Notes under the pieces: model-generated
The model's input: the letters and a program-made list of their open reading frames with translations, nothing else
What the model was told of the DNA's origin: nothing
Databases searched by the model: none
Assembly (NCBI GenBank): GCA_905178155.1
Contig: CAJINV010000005.1
Coordinates: 1,390,438 to 1,454,437 of the forward strand
Origin: Amoebophrya sp. A120
Lineage: Eukaryota; Protista; Dinoflagellata
Direction: 5' to 3'
Length of the DNA: 64,000 nucleotides
Translations under genes and position numbers: made by a program
Shown: piece by piece, positions 25,167 through 38,300 of the stretch
Layout of the letters: every line of letters starts with the position of its first letter
Numbering within the stretch: position 1 is the first letter of the stretch

Positions 25167-26749
25167 CTTGGATGAAACGTGCGGATGATATTAGATACTT
25201 TTTGATGTATGTTGTGAGTAGAGAGATAAAGATATTTTGTGTTCGCGACTCTACCGAACCTTGCGACAAGCTTCTTTCAGCATCATGTTGACCATGTAGA
25301 AAACTCAACGTACAAATCAACTTTAAATGATCTGGCAAAGCGGCTTGACTTATGGTTCGTACATACTGGAGCTGGACTAGTATGTAGCGGTCATGTCGCA
25401 GTCGCTGTTGTGGTGTGCCAGTGAGTCACAGGGGTTAGCGCCCAGGTCACGACCATGCCGTTCTCCTGGAGTTGCAGCTAGATTTTCATGTCCCCATGCT
25501 TACCATCTCGTTTGCAGTGAGCTTTTGTCCATTTCGTTCTGGTTTATCAAAGTTTTTTCTTGCTGTTGTTTTCTTGCATGTGCGTATATTGGTTGCAGCA
25601 TTTGCAGGAGCAGCGACTGAAGGAACAGACGCTCGTCAGCAAGGACGATGTGCCGCATGAGTGTGTCAAATGAAGAAGAACACCACAACATCCACTGGAA
25701 TACAGCAACAAGAACGGAAACCACGTGGTCCCCAGCTGCACAGTCAATGTCCTATATGACATTGAGCAGTAGAAGCAGTTCTTTCGAAATTTTTTCCTTT
25801 GCTATCAATCAATCAATCCGCTCACGTCTTTGGGAGGGTCAACGCGAGCAGGTTCTGCGCCTTTGCTCGCAGCGCTTTCTTCATAAGTTTCACTGAAGAG
25901 GGAACTTCTAACTTACAAAGATGCCGCAAGACAAAGTATCTAAAGATAGTAAACTTAGAACAAGATGAGTATTGGAAAAAGCTAAAAGTCTATGTTCTCT
26001 TTTGAAAACGATTTTTGATCTCTACAACCGTAGCTTGGAGTAAGTCATGAAGAGAAACGCTTTGGTGCTATGGTGCATTAACTTTGCTATACAATCATAC
26101 AATCTTAAGCTCTCGCTGGCAGGCGGAAGCTGGAGTCTAACCACCTTTATTTGGGGTTCATCTTTCTGAGTATCTTTCCCAGTCGTTATGTTTCGAATCT
26201 GTACTACTTCAGCTCTCGGTTTATTTTTACAAGGTCAGTTCCGGTTGTGGTAATCGTGACGGTGGGTGGAGGCAGTTAGCTGTAGCTCTAAGCGGAGGTG
26301 AACAAAAATCAATCCCGATTCATACAGACTTTAACTAAGTTATGCAACCCCCTTGAGGTAAGGGCGGTTGCGGTTACTGCAATGCTACGGTTTCTTGGAC
26401 ATCATATGTTCTCTTATCGATTCACTGTAGCTGTACTAGTGTACGTTGCAGTTATTCAATATTTTCACATACGGGGTGCACACCTATACCAGCATGTTGG
26501 AATACCGCATCAACGAACTTTGGTTCGTCATTGATTGCGGGCAGGGGTGCTTCAAAGACTTACATTAGCATTAGCCTTGTACAAGAAGGGAGTTTAACAT
26601 TCGAGTATATGATCAATAAGTATATTACTAAACAGTTCGGAACAAAAATAAGGAGATTAAGTTCAGGTTTTGGTCGTGAGATGCCTTGCTTTCTTGTTTG
26701 ATCAAACAGATTACCGATTAATGAATGAGATTACTAATCTCACAGTAAG

Positions 26750-28221
26750 CTAGTTCCCCCGCACCATGGTCGAGGACTCCGCACCCGGTTGCGCCTCCTG
26801 CATCGGCCCCGGTTTGCCTTCCAGGGGACCACCAGCATCCAACTCGCTCTCCTTCGCTTTTCCCGTGTCTTGCCCATGCCCCTCGAAAACCAACATGGAG
26901 GAGATGTCATGGTTGAGCGGGTGGAGATCGTCGATACCGCTAGTGGGTGGATTTTTGTGCGCGATGGGTTTTTCCGACGCAGCCGTAGTCACCAGATTCT
27001 CTCCGTCGCCGCCGCTAACACCTTTTCCCGGCGTGAGTTCCCTTGCCGTTTCCTGCAACTGCAGCGCTGTGGCTGTCGCGGATTCCGATTCGTCGCTCGT
27101 GCCCGTAACCGTGCCTCCGCGAGCGGCAGATCGTACAGCAGTTGCGGGAGGTCTGCCTTCTTGTTGTTGTTTTGGTGGACTTGCTTGCGGCGGTGGTGCT
27201 GCAGCCTCTTCTGGCGATCCATTCGTGGAACCGTCTTCCTGCGGCTGCAACTGTGACCTGGTAAGTTATTTTACGCACGTCGTTGCCAGGGCGGAAAAGG
27301 TCGTTCTTCATATTCTCGACATTCGCATAAGTGATAACTCACCTTTTAGCTTCGTAGTGTGACCTACGCAAAACAAACTTCTAGAACTATCTCAAGAAGT
27401 ACTAAGTACGTTTTCATGCCGGGAACGAGTGAATTCGTTTTCACTGGACCGTCAGTCTCACGTTTGAGCAAAGGAGCGTCCTCGGGCGCGGAGGGTAACG
27501 GACTGCGGATTGTCAGCGTGGTAGAAGCGGTTACAGTCTTGCCTGCGACTGCACCTGGTGCTGGAGCGGGTTGTGGCTTTCTCTTCTGTGGGAGTTCGAC
27601 GACTCGGAGTTCCTTTTCTTCACCGGTTCGTTTCTCCAGTACTTTGCCTTGTTTTTCCTCGGGGCTCGGCGGGCCGTGCAAATCCAACTTCCCCTGCAGG
27701 TGTTGTCGCTTTCCAACATCACTAGTTTCCAAAATCGAATAAACCTCGTCCACAACTGCGTCTCGATCTTGAGTTGCTTCTTCGCCGTGCTGCCCGTGTT
27801 CTGCCGTTTCATCTGCTTCAGCAGCTCGCTGGAGCGTTTTCCGGTCCTCCGGGTCAGGCACGTGTTCCAGGTGCCCGACAATGTCAGTGTCACCCTCATT
27901 CTCGGGCGACGGTTGTACATACGTGTAGACGCAGGCATCGTTCTATCCAGGAAGATAGAACCCTTCCCATCCCCATCCATTTTTTGCATGACACACACTA
28001 GTCTAGACTTGGCTCATGTTTTGCATGGCAAATTAATTGGATGGGGTTGTGTGTTTCTTCCGGGATACGTTCTGAGTTACGAGATCTGTACCCCACTTTA
28101 TCATCTTCCACGAGCAGTTTTTCCCGTAGTAAGCAACGGCGCCCCGGCGAGACGTCAGCGGTATTCCATGCAAGAATGTAGTAACTGTAGTAGATGAAGA
28201 TGACGTTTTTATAAATGACAT
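26750..28221 (-). CDS. 3' exons of a low-complexity hypothetical protein, copy 1
   Basis: Exon-like ORFs at ~28221-28080, ~27942-27405 and ~27256-26750. The last exon is homologous to 44863-45357 (LHPLNHDISSM...ESELDAGGPLEGKPGPMQEAQPGAESSTM). Confidence 0.5.
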
Positions 28222-28841
28222 GACTGCACCAGCTTTATCATCTGAAATGGCTATAAAGAATTGCGAGAAAAACTCGAGCAGGCGTTGCGGATAATCTAAA
28301 TCCGCGGAAGCTGCCTCCGGATTGGCATCCGTGCCCCCTGTGCGAGCCTGTGTTTTTTATTTTGTGAGCCTACTACCTACATCTACATGTTAGAAACGGA
28401 TAAGGGAAAGCTTGCAACAATTCGTCTTGAACAAGGTTTCATAATCTTCCGCGGCCCCGTCTTTGCGCGGTTATAGAGTGACTCACTTCCCCATGATGCC
28501 GCAGTCACCTCCCCATATCGCGCCCGACTTTCCCTTGCCTGTAGTGAATTTCTTTTCCATGATGGTGTGGAAGTTGGGAAGTCAGCCCCTACTTCCCCCC
28601 CCATCTGCTGCGAACAGAAACGCCGAGGCGGCCCTAGACATCGAGCCCTAACATGCCCTAGGCCCACCCTAAGCGAACATCTGGCGCGCGGCTCCGTTCA
28701 GCACCAACCCAGGGGCTGCAGGAGGGCCAAGATGGTGCAAGGGGTGCAGGGAAGTGACCGATGCAGTGTGGAGTGAGGCAGTGGCGCAGCTGGGAAAGCG
28801 GTGCACTCGAAATGAGGTAAGAAAGAGCCTGGGGAAGTGAT

Positions 28842-29393
28842 TCACTCCCTTACTCGACTTGCGGGGAGAGAGGCTTTCCCGGCAGCGAGTGAGTTTTTGA
28901 TGTGATTACGTATACGTTTAAGTCTTGAATTTCCGTCTAGGTACTCCGAGTACCCGTTTCGGATGTCGTTACACACGGCATCCCATGGATATATTGATTT
29001 AAAGGTATTCACTTCTTCCTCGAGCTCCTTCTCCTGCTCTACACTTATTGCGTCGTGGTCGACGTCCGGAGCGTGTTGTACGTGCGTGGGGGCCAATTCC
29101 GGGTTGGGGTTGGGTTGCTCGCTTGTTCGTGTCTCTTTTTGTTCGTTGAGCAGCTCCACGATTCTATCACGTAGAGATCCGGATGGAACATGTTTGGAAC
29201 AGGCTTCTTGGTATTTTTCTGGCGTCTCCGAAAGCGGAGAATATGGATACAGAAAAGCGATGTGCTCATCATGGGAGGGGGGAAGCCTCACACTCACACT
29301 CAACATCCATTTAAGTATTTCATAGACCTTTCCTTGCTGAACCTGAAGCTGCTTCCCAATCCCATTGGGCGGCCACATATAACGTGGGGGCAA
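28842..29393 (-). pseudogene. Hypothetical ORF fragment in a copy-1-specific accessory segment
   Basis: 183-aa protein-like ORF whose upstream frames are broken by stops. No family recognised. Confidence 0.3.
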
Positions 29394-29805
29394 CTGGTGG
29401 CGCTGCTACATCACATATATGCAATGCTCAAGTTCAAGAATCCTGAGTGTGTAGATCACAATTAATGGCCAGAGAACTCATCATATTTCAAAAGTTTGTG
29501 CTTGATGGTACATCAGAGAGAGACGAAAACGAAATGAATCGAAGTGCAATAAACTTGCCTAGCTTGTTACCAACAATAGCCGCGTCCGCGGGGGTAGTGA
29601 GGTTACAGAGGTCGTTTTCTCGACTGCCCGACTCCCCTTTGCTGCACCCACTGCTTTCGCGCGTTCCCGATAGCAAATGAGCCGCCCTCGTTAGTAAGTA
29701 CCTCAAACATGCCATCGCGTAACACGTTGCCCCACGCGGGGTCGGGGACGCTAGATATTTTTATTTGTCACGGCCATAAGTCGCGGCCACCGTTCTGTCT
29801 TCAGC

Positions 29806-30376
29806 CCGAAAGCCCTTTCCCGCATGCTATGGCCCAGCCAGGGCCTCCACTAGGGCCGGCCCCTTGGGCGCCCAAAATCGGGCCAATCGCATGAGGGCTC
29901 ATTAGCAAGCTTTTTGCTTTTGGCGGCGTTTGCGTTTGTTTTGTGCGTTATTTTGTGGCAAAGTCGCGCCCCTGCACCTGCTGCCGACAGAGGCGAAACG
30001 CTCACCCTCCCGCACGCCATGGCCACCCGAACGAGGTCCCCCTCCAGGGCCGGACCGATGGCCCCTCGAAATAGTTCCAATAGCCTGCGGGTTGCTTGGC
30101 TTTCGGCTTTTGGCGGACTTTGCGTTTTAACTTTTGTTGAAGCCTTTCCCGAAAGCTATGGCCCCGCCAGGGGCTCTACCAAGGTTGGCGCATCGGGCAC
30201 CCCAAATCGGGCTGACGGCATGCGGGTTAGCTTTTTGCTTTTGGCGGTGTTTGCGTTTTTTGCTTTTTTTTATTGAAAAGCCGCGCCCCTCCTGGTACCG
30301 ACAGAGGAGAGACGCTTTCCCACACGCTATGGCCACCACAGGGCCTCCGCCAGGGCCGGCTCTGTGGGACCCCAAA
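29806..30376. repeat. Degenerate GC-rich tandem repeat (~3.5 units of 140-190 bp)
   Basis: Recurring core TTTCCC..GCTATGGCC...AGGGCCGG...AAATCGGGC...CTTTTGGCGG.TTTGCGTTT, with units starting near 29815, 30007, 30144 and 30315. Confidence 0.7.
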
Positions 30377-31809
30377 TATCATACATATATCACGCAAAGC
30401 AAGCGGCGCCTTTTGTGTATGCCTGAAAACCAGTGAACAGGAGTCCTGGTCCAAATTCTACATTTTGTCATGATGTTTTTCATCTGTTGCACACCGAGTT
30501 TCTACAATTCGATACAGGGCTTGGATCATCTACATCTTCGTTCGAGCTCTCGTTCAGTATGGCTTTCGTGCATTCTTGGACGGTTCGGCGCGTTCTTCTA
30601 GTAGCTGCTTCTGGAAGTAGATTATTCACACCCGCTTGTACTGCGAGTGCGGCTGCGGTCATAGCTCCTTTGACGACTTTTCTCGTGTCGTACATGGTGT
30701 CGAAGCGGCTGTCGTACTATGCAGCGGGTACAAACATTCATTTCTTTTTCTGAGTGTGTCGTTGCCCTTTTTACCGACGCGGTCATCCTACCTGTGACCC
30801 ATCTTCGTCAAATATCATATCATTAGCTGTAGTGCATTGACATGGCCATCATGATTGGAAACACAGCTGCAGCGAAAGGATAGCATTGGTTCGAGGCATT
30901 GCATGCGCAGCAGTTTAACTGGATCCGCGGTTCAACATAGTGCCCCCAGTTCAAAACCAGCCCGGCGCCTACAAAAATTAAGAACAGTTAGCTCTTTAGT
31001 ACGATGAAGCGGCGCCCCTCCTTCGTTTGAAGGAGGGCATGATCTTTCTCCCGGGTACCTTGTCAAAATGTTGGGCACATTCTCAACGGGGGGAGCGGAT
31101 GTTCTCCGGCACCCGTGCGGATCTGTACCTGAGACGCCACAGCAGTGTCGTCTTAGATGATGAGGCAGCAGGGCAATTTCGTGTGTAAAGTACGCCGCAC
31201 GAGGACGCGCGCGTCTCGAGCAGAAGCCTGTTCCGTCAATAGCGTGCGCGCGCGCGCGCGCACGCTAGGAATTATGCACGCCGATGCTCCGCGCTGATTG
31301 GCACGCAGCGACGCTTTTTGCGACCACTCCACTCCATCCATGCGTTTTGTAAAGTATGATTCTGCGAGTGTCTGTTTTGCGCGCGGACCTTGTTCGCTTC
31401 GCTCCTCCCACCTGCCCTTTTCGTATGCTGGTCGTCGCATTTCGGGGGGATCTGTTTCTCCGAAGGCACCTTCCCGAACAGGGGTACCTTCTCGAATTGG
31501 TACACATCTAAATATTGAGTACTTAAAAATGGGTATCGATATCAAGTCAACAACCAGCCGTCAGAGAGAATTTGACACGAATCCGGCAACGGAAAACGTG
31601 GAATGAGACACGGACAGAGTGTGCTGGGAGGGCGGCGAAGTGTGCGAGCCTGGCAGAGCACGCAGGGCGCATAGAGGATGGAAATGCGGTATGCATCACC
31701 AACACGACCAACAATGCCACCATACTCGAAGTACCGCTCGGGAACTACAGGAATGACATACGTATACGACATCAGAAAAAGTCGACAGGTTCTTGTTTGA
31801 GGAACTTCA

Positions 31810-34627
31810 TTAGCATAGCAGGTTTGAATTGACGAAGTCTTCGACGCTGGTGCCCGGTGCGGCCCCGCAGCACACGTTTTGGCTTAGTGGTTCAGTGTCT
31901 AGAACTACGTTCCAATTCTCTTTCAATTTGCCAAACGTCCCTGTACACAACTGGACCAGAAACCATCGCGCTTCTTCTTCTTCTTCTTTGCTCACCTCCT
32001 TCGGCTTCTTCTGCTTCTTCTCCTTGCGCCGCCAGGAGGAAATGGAAAAAGAGGGCATGTCCAGTTGCAGCTCGCTTTGTGTTCCTTCGCCGTCTTCCTT
32101 TCCGCCAGTCGTAGTTGCAGCTGGGATCCTTTTCGCTTGGTCAGCTACATCTTGTTGCTCTGCAGAAGTCGTGCTCGTCTTCGACGTGTCTGTCATTGCT
32201 GCTGCGCTTGCAGTTTCCTCGCCGTGTGGATCTTGGGCGTAGGCTGTGGCATGAACGTCGCGCGCACCATCCCTGTTTGTTGTCCTGTGAGAATGTTCAT
32301 GCTCACCAGATTGTTCCTGCTTCATCGTCATCGTCTGGCGACCTGCTTCTGCCTCATCGCTCTCAGCCTGCAGCAGTGTTTGTTCGCTGCTGCCTCTGAA
32401 GGAGCTCCGTGGCTGCTCCACCAGTGCATGGGAATGCATCGGATCCGCGTCGTGTAGTTCTTCATTCTGCATCTTCAGTGCTCCAGTAGAGTCGTGCAAT
32501 TCCGTCGATTCTTGTTCGGTCTTTGTAACTACTGGTTGCTCTTGATGCAAAGAGGCAGATGCTAGTACTGCGGGCACCACAGGTTTTGCTTCTGTGGTTC
32601 TGGTGATCTTTTGCTGCTCCCTTCCGACTGTGCCGGAAATCCTCGGACTTTGACTCTCCGCCAAAGCTGAAGCTCCGACTTGCTTGTGCTTCACATCAGA
32701 TCTTGTGTCCAGCTTTTCTTCTGCTGATGCTTGCTTGGCGTGATGTCTTCCCGCAGCCGCTTCTTCATCGCCATGCACGCCATCTTTGTTGGGAGCTTTT
32801 ACTCTCTGTTGATTTTCGTTGTCGGACAGTTTCTGTTCAGCAATTTCGTTTGCATGGTGGTGCACTGGGCCATCTTGGCCGTCGAAATGCTTGTCCTTTC
32901 GTGCCGCGACGATCTCGTGCCCTTCTTTAGCATTGGCGTCTTGCGCTTGAGTGTCAGGCTCCTGCTGATACTTACCCGCATTGTTGTTCAGCTTGAGATG
33001 TTCCCGTGTGTGCGCATGATGCGACGTAGATACTGTACTAACCTGCAGCAGCTGAATCGCGGTCTCTACTTCGAGGCTGGAATCATTCTGGCTCGGGCCA
33101 TCAGTTGCAACAGACTGTTCCGGATCGGCCTCCGATTCCTGTTCGAACTGAGGCTCAGTCTTCGCGGCGCTAGCTTCCTCCACAGCGGTGCCTGGTTGAA
33201 ACCAAAATGTCATTTCCATGTATTCTTTGATAACCGACTTCATTTATTTCAACAAACATCATACAATCTTTGTCATCGTTGGGTCACACGAACATAGATA
33301 AATAATTCAATAAATTGTTCATTCTGGTGTCAAAAAACTTATTCATACCTTTACCTGTCAACCAGCTCCATGGCGTGAGCACAGTCGTTTCGACCAATTT
33401 CCACAGAGACGCCGGCGCATCCACCACGAGGAAGTTATAAAGCCGCACTACTTTGCTGGTTCTCACCTTGCACCGACCGTCCCTTCGGCGCAGCATGCTG
33501 TAGCACGGTGTATTCGCGCCGCTCGTTGCGTTCGCGGTTGCATTCGTCGTTGCATTTCCTGCTGCTGCATCAGTGCCATTGCCGGCAGAAGGAGCATTGG
33601 CAGCCTTGCCCGACCCCGCCGACACTGGACCGGGGACGAGGATAGCGGCAGAGTCGGCGATGTTCCCGGCCTGGTCCATGCTGTAGCCGTTGACCGGGAG
33701 CGTCGCGTTGGTTCCGGGCGTCAGCTTGTCACTGGCCGTGGGCAGCTGCGTCTCAAATGGTGGAGATCCGCTGGTCGAATCCGGCTCCGGAAGATCTGCA
33801 GCAGGAGCGTAGAAGAGGTCGTCGGAATCCGTCTGCGCTCTTTTTTCGGGCTGCGTAATTGCGTGCGCGAACAGAAGGGGAGAAGACGCGAGGCCAGGAT
33901 AGTACGACGGCCATGAACACAGAAGTGTCGCTGACGGTGATGCTGAGGTAGAAGAAGAGGTGTGCGTGCGAGAAGTGGTGCTGACTGACTCGCAGTAGCC
34001 CTGCACATGCTGTTTCTTTTCTTTCTTCATGTCGGCTGACTGCGAGTGGAGGAACAGTGGCATCATGTTGGTCATGTTGATGCTCGTACTCCGGCATCCT
34101 TCGAGACCCGAGTGAAGATCCACCCCATCATGTGCCGGCCAGAAGTTTGAGAAGTTAATCGTCGAAACAACTGCGGGTTGCGACTGCGTGAAGAGTGGTG
34201 AATCCGCACGATGCCAGCGAGTTCGTGAGCGGGACGAAGAAAAGTACGGTTCTGGTGCAGGCTCGATGTGTTCTTGCTCGTGCGTCGAATGGGGAAACCA
34301 CTCCCAGTCCCAACGACCGAATAGCATGAGCGAGTACCCCAGCGCCATGATCTGCAGAATGCGGATGAACATCATTTTCAGGATGGCACCAGAAGAGCAG
34401 AACCACGCCTGCTGGTGACAACTAATTCCCGCCAACAGATGAAGGGGCGTGCCGTCGCGGGAGTGCGGTTTTCTTGGAAAGAGCCTCGACGACCCCGCCG
34501 CAGAGCGACGTTTGGAGGTTCCGGACTTCTTCATTTTTATCGCCACCGGCGTCGCCACGCGATGTCGCTTGCGAAAGGGGTGATCAAGATCAGGTTGTGA
34601 ACAATCTGGTACAGCGCCTTCCTCCAC
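31810..34627 (-). CDS. Low-complexity hypothetical protein, possibly membrane or secreted, copy 1 (5' exons)
   Basis: A GT-AG intron at 33192-33354 joins the two long ORFs (WSWLT G|TAVEE). Hydrophobic N-terminal segment and an exon-1 block conserved with copy 2 (PCYSMLRRRDGRCKVRTSK). Confidence 0.6.
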
Positions 34628-35383
34628 ACTACAGTTTTTCTTTCTGGGTCTGGCACCTCCAAGGCCTGCTGCGGAGCTTAGAGGTTTTTTCCCAGAGCCA
34701 CCAAGTCCATCTTGATCATGATTGAGCTAAATCTGAGTTTATTCTACTCGCATTTACTACATAGTTACTCTCTCTGTTTCGAAATTGAATAGGAAAGATC
34801 TTTTTGAAAAAGATAAACCGGAACCTTGTTCTTCTTCTTCGCTCTGTTGCTTTTTTGAGCTTCAAGACGAAACGCCACTATCTCACTTTATCGAGAAGGT
34901 GAAGGCTCCACCTCCACGACAGATCATGCACTCCATGTCTAAATGTGACTTTTGTACTTACGATTTGCACCTGCAAAATCCCTCATTTACCCTCATCTTC
35001 GAGTGTTTTCATGCTCTTCCCTCATCTTCGTACCACAAGCACTAGCACCAGTGCGTGGAGTCTCTCTACGTCTATGACAGTGCGTGGCGTCTACGTCAGT
35101 CTTTGTTTCCTTTTAAAATCAATATCGAAATATCTGCGAAAAAGCAATGCTGGCATAGCTGGTATGCTGCCTGTGGACCACGAAGACCATTCTTGAGGTA
35201 GAGGTTGAAGATGGAGGTTCGTAATCCAATGCGAAAATTGTGATGAAAGGCTGATAAGTAATGGTATCTGCGGACGACAGGACTGCAGCACAACAACAAT
35301 GGTAAAGGGTTCCTGTCGTGGTAGCTGCTAGTAGAAGACGATCGCTTCACTTGATCTTCATCTTCATGCTGCTCATCTCAAAC

Positions 35384-38300
35384 TCACAGGCCACGATACC
35401 CAAACCCCTCCAGATCTCCCTCCGCCGCTTCCCTCTTTTCCTCAAATTCCAGAGCGCGTTCGTGCGCGCTTCCGCGGGCGGAGAATGCGTTCTCTCCACC
35501 CGCTCCGCCATTCTGCAGTTCCGCCAAGCTCTGCGACTTCTTCTCCGCGTAGAAGGTTACCTTACGCCACATGTTTTCCGCCCGACACTTGTTGCACCGC
35601 TTCGGGAACCGGCCACTCAAAATGTGCGTCGAGAACTTGCACTTCTGGCACTGGATCCGCTCCTTCGTGACGTCCCGCCAGATTTCCACCGTGTGCCCCT
35701 GCTGCTCGCACGCCAGCTTCGAACGGACATATTCAGTCAGAATGTTGCACTGCTTGCAGTAATACGCGGTCACCGGGAGGGATTTGACCTCCAATTTCGT
35801 CTCGTGCTCCACGTCCTGCTGTTCCATGGTGGCCAGCCGCGTGTCCACCTGCTTGATCTTTTATCAAATGCAAAAGCGTCTGGGTCTGGAAGGTCGCCAG
35901 GTTTGTCATGCATATTTTGCATGACCCATGATGCTTGTAAAGCATCACCTAGCATCACAGATTTTTGGAGGGCATCCTGATGCCTATTCCGCATCACAAA
36001 TGTCCTTCCCACGTAGCACAAAATGAGCTCTTCTTCCTGGTCATGCAATACAAATGTTTTTAGGATCCGAAAATAGCATGACAAGTTGCATTCTTCCAGA
36101 CCCAGACACGTTTACATTTGATATCTTTTCCTTTTCGACCAAATCCGCCGCTTTAGTTTCCGCCTTGTTCAACTTGGACGTGTCGAAAGACGCCATCTGT
36201 GCCGCGACACTGGGCCCGTACAGAGCCTCCATGCGCTGCCGGGAAATCTCGTCGGTCGCTAGGCGGGGTCGTGCTGCGCCGCTTGTTGCAGAAGCGGTTT
36301 GATCGTCCGCAGTGGAATTCGTGGTTCCAGCTGCGCCGGAGGACACAAGACTAGTGGAGGATCCAGCACCACCAGGCTTCTTCACGGCTAGAATTTCCTT
36401 CCGATGATTCTCCGCCCCGCGAAGCGCGTACGCATTCGTACGGCGGTTCATCGCGCCAGAGCCGGGAGCGTGCCTTTTAGAAACAACGGTCGCTGCGCCG
36501 GTAATTGTAGCGACTCTGGAAAGTTTGGCGCTACGCGCATCTTCCGGATCATCTTCCAGGCCGCCTCGTTTCTGCAGCGTCTGAGCCAGAAACGCCGTGT
36601 TCGCTTCGGCTAGCAGTTCCTCGCGGGAACGCTTGTTGCTTGACGCTGTGGTGGAATTGGCAGAAAGGTTGAAAACCAGAGAACGGCCTGCGCTACTGTC
36701 TGCTGGTGTGGATCTTGTAGGCACAGGACCCGAAGAACTCATCTGGTTGCCCGGTGGGTTCGTAACACCGGATATCCTTTCCGAGTGTGTGAGTTCTTCC
36801 ACATTGCGCCGCTGAAACTGAGCGGGAGGCATGATCATCCTGGACATTGTCGGTCTGTCTGCAGGTTGAGGGTTGTGCCGTGGTTGCGATGCAACCTGAG
36901 GTGCCACTACAGGAACCAATTGCTTGGAACCAGGACCGCCAGCCGTGTTGAAAAGACTTCGCGTACTGCTAGGTACCATAGCAGCATTCCTCGCGTTCGA
37001 TGCAGCTGTGCCTGCAGCTGGCTTCACAATCGCTGGTGCCGCAGGCCTGTTCGTCCTGTCCGCAACTTTACTTCGCGGTCCACCTCCACCTCCCGCAATG
37101 GCCATTTGCATCAACGCATTGTTCTTCAGGGGATCCTTTTTTTTGATTCTGTGCCTCGCCTCAATCGTGTCTACAGCTGCACCAGGGACGGTTTTTGCTC
37201 CTGGTCCACCAGTCGACGGAGCAGGCGGCCTGCCCTGCGTAGGGGCCGCCGCTGCTCCCCCGCCAGAGCGCGCGTTCGACGAAGAGTTTTGAGGCGCTTG
37301 CGGGACCGTGCCACCTCCGAGCGTCAGGCTCTTCGTCGTTCCGGAAACTGTAGTGGCTGTTGTAGAAGGGCCAGCTCCCGACGCTGGATTTCCAGGTTTG
37401 TGTTTCTTCACAGCAGGAGCACCCGCCGTTGATGAAATATTCTGGTCGAAAATGTTGCCGATCCCGCGAAAAGTCCCGGGCTTCCGCATGGCCGCTGGCT
37501 TCAAGTGCTCCGGTAGGGCCTCGATCGCCTCTTTGCTTGGTGGAACAACATTAACCGCCGCGCGGCTCGGTCCAGAAGATGTAGTTGCGACGCCTGGTCT
37601 AGTAGTGTTGCCGAAAGCTTTATTTGATGGTCCACCAGCAGGACCGCCTCCGCCCCGGTAGAGCTTCGGCCCCCCGCCGTGAAAGCTGCAGTAGCCGGTG
37701 GGGCACCGTTCCAAGTTGATCACCATTCCGCAGCGTTCCTGAGTGGCCTTCTTCACGCCCCGACACTCGCCAAGGTGCGGGAACTCACCGAGTTTCAGAA
37801 TTTGCGAAGATTGGGACACAGTCGCGGAGTAGGAAGAGGAACTGAAACTGTTCTTCTGGTTGCTGTTGGTATTTCCACCATGAGTTCCACTTCCGCCGAC
37901 GAGCAGCATGGCATTCAAAATTGCAAAAACGCCGCCCCGCCTCGCAGCGGAGTTGCCGCGCCACTGGTCTCTCGCGTCGTCGAACAGCATCATGCGCAAG
38001 GTGGTTGGCTTCGGGAACTCCACGTCCGTTAAAACCCACGGTATGTACAGGTTCCCCGCATTGGACTTCTTGATCATAGAAGCCTCTTGCAAAACAGCGA
38101 TCAAAACAATGTTTTCCAGAACATTCGAAGGCTTGCTATCCTTTCCCTTCTTTCCCTGCCCTTTATTACCCTCGCTGTTACTCGCCGCTGCAGCTGCGCC
38201 TGCCGCTGCCATCGACATCGTCGCCGCCATGTTTCCAAGTTGCGCGAGCGGCACAAACTTCTTCCCGCGCATCAGCTGATCGAGTTTGTCGGCCCGGATC

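Noticed and set aside
26027-26040. ACCGTAGC resembling the start of the dinoflagellate spliced leader
   Set aside because: Only 8 nt match; the CATTTTGGCTCAAG remainder is absent.
26344-26371. Stem-loop GCAACCCCCTT...AAGGGCGGTTGC in intergenic DNA
   Set aside because: The paralogous copy (~44511) has a non-compensated change, and no RNA family is recognisable.
28388-28653. TGTTAG...CTAACA as a possible solo LTR
   Set aside because: Only a 6-bp inverted repeat, no target-site duplication, and no second LTR or primer-binding site.
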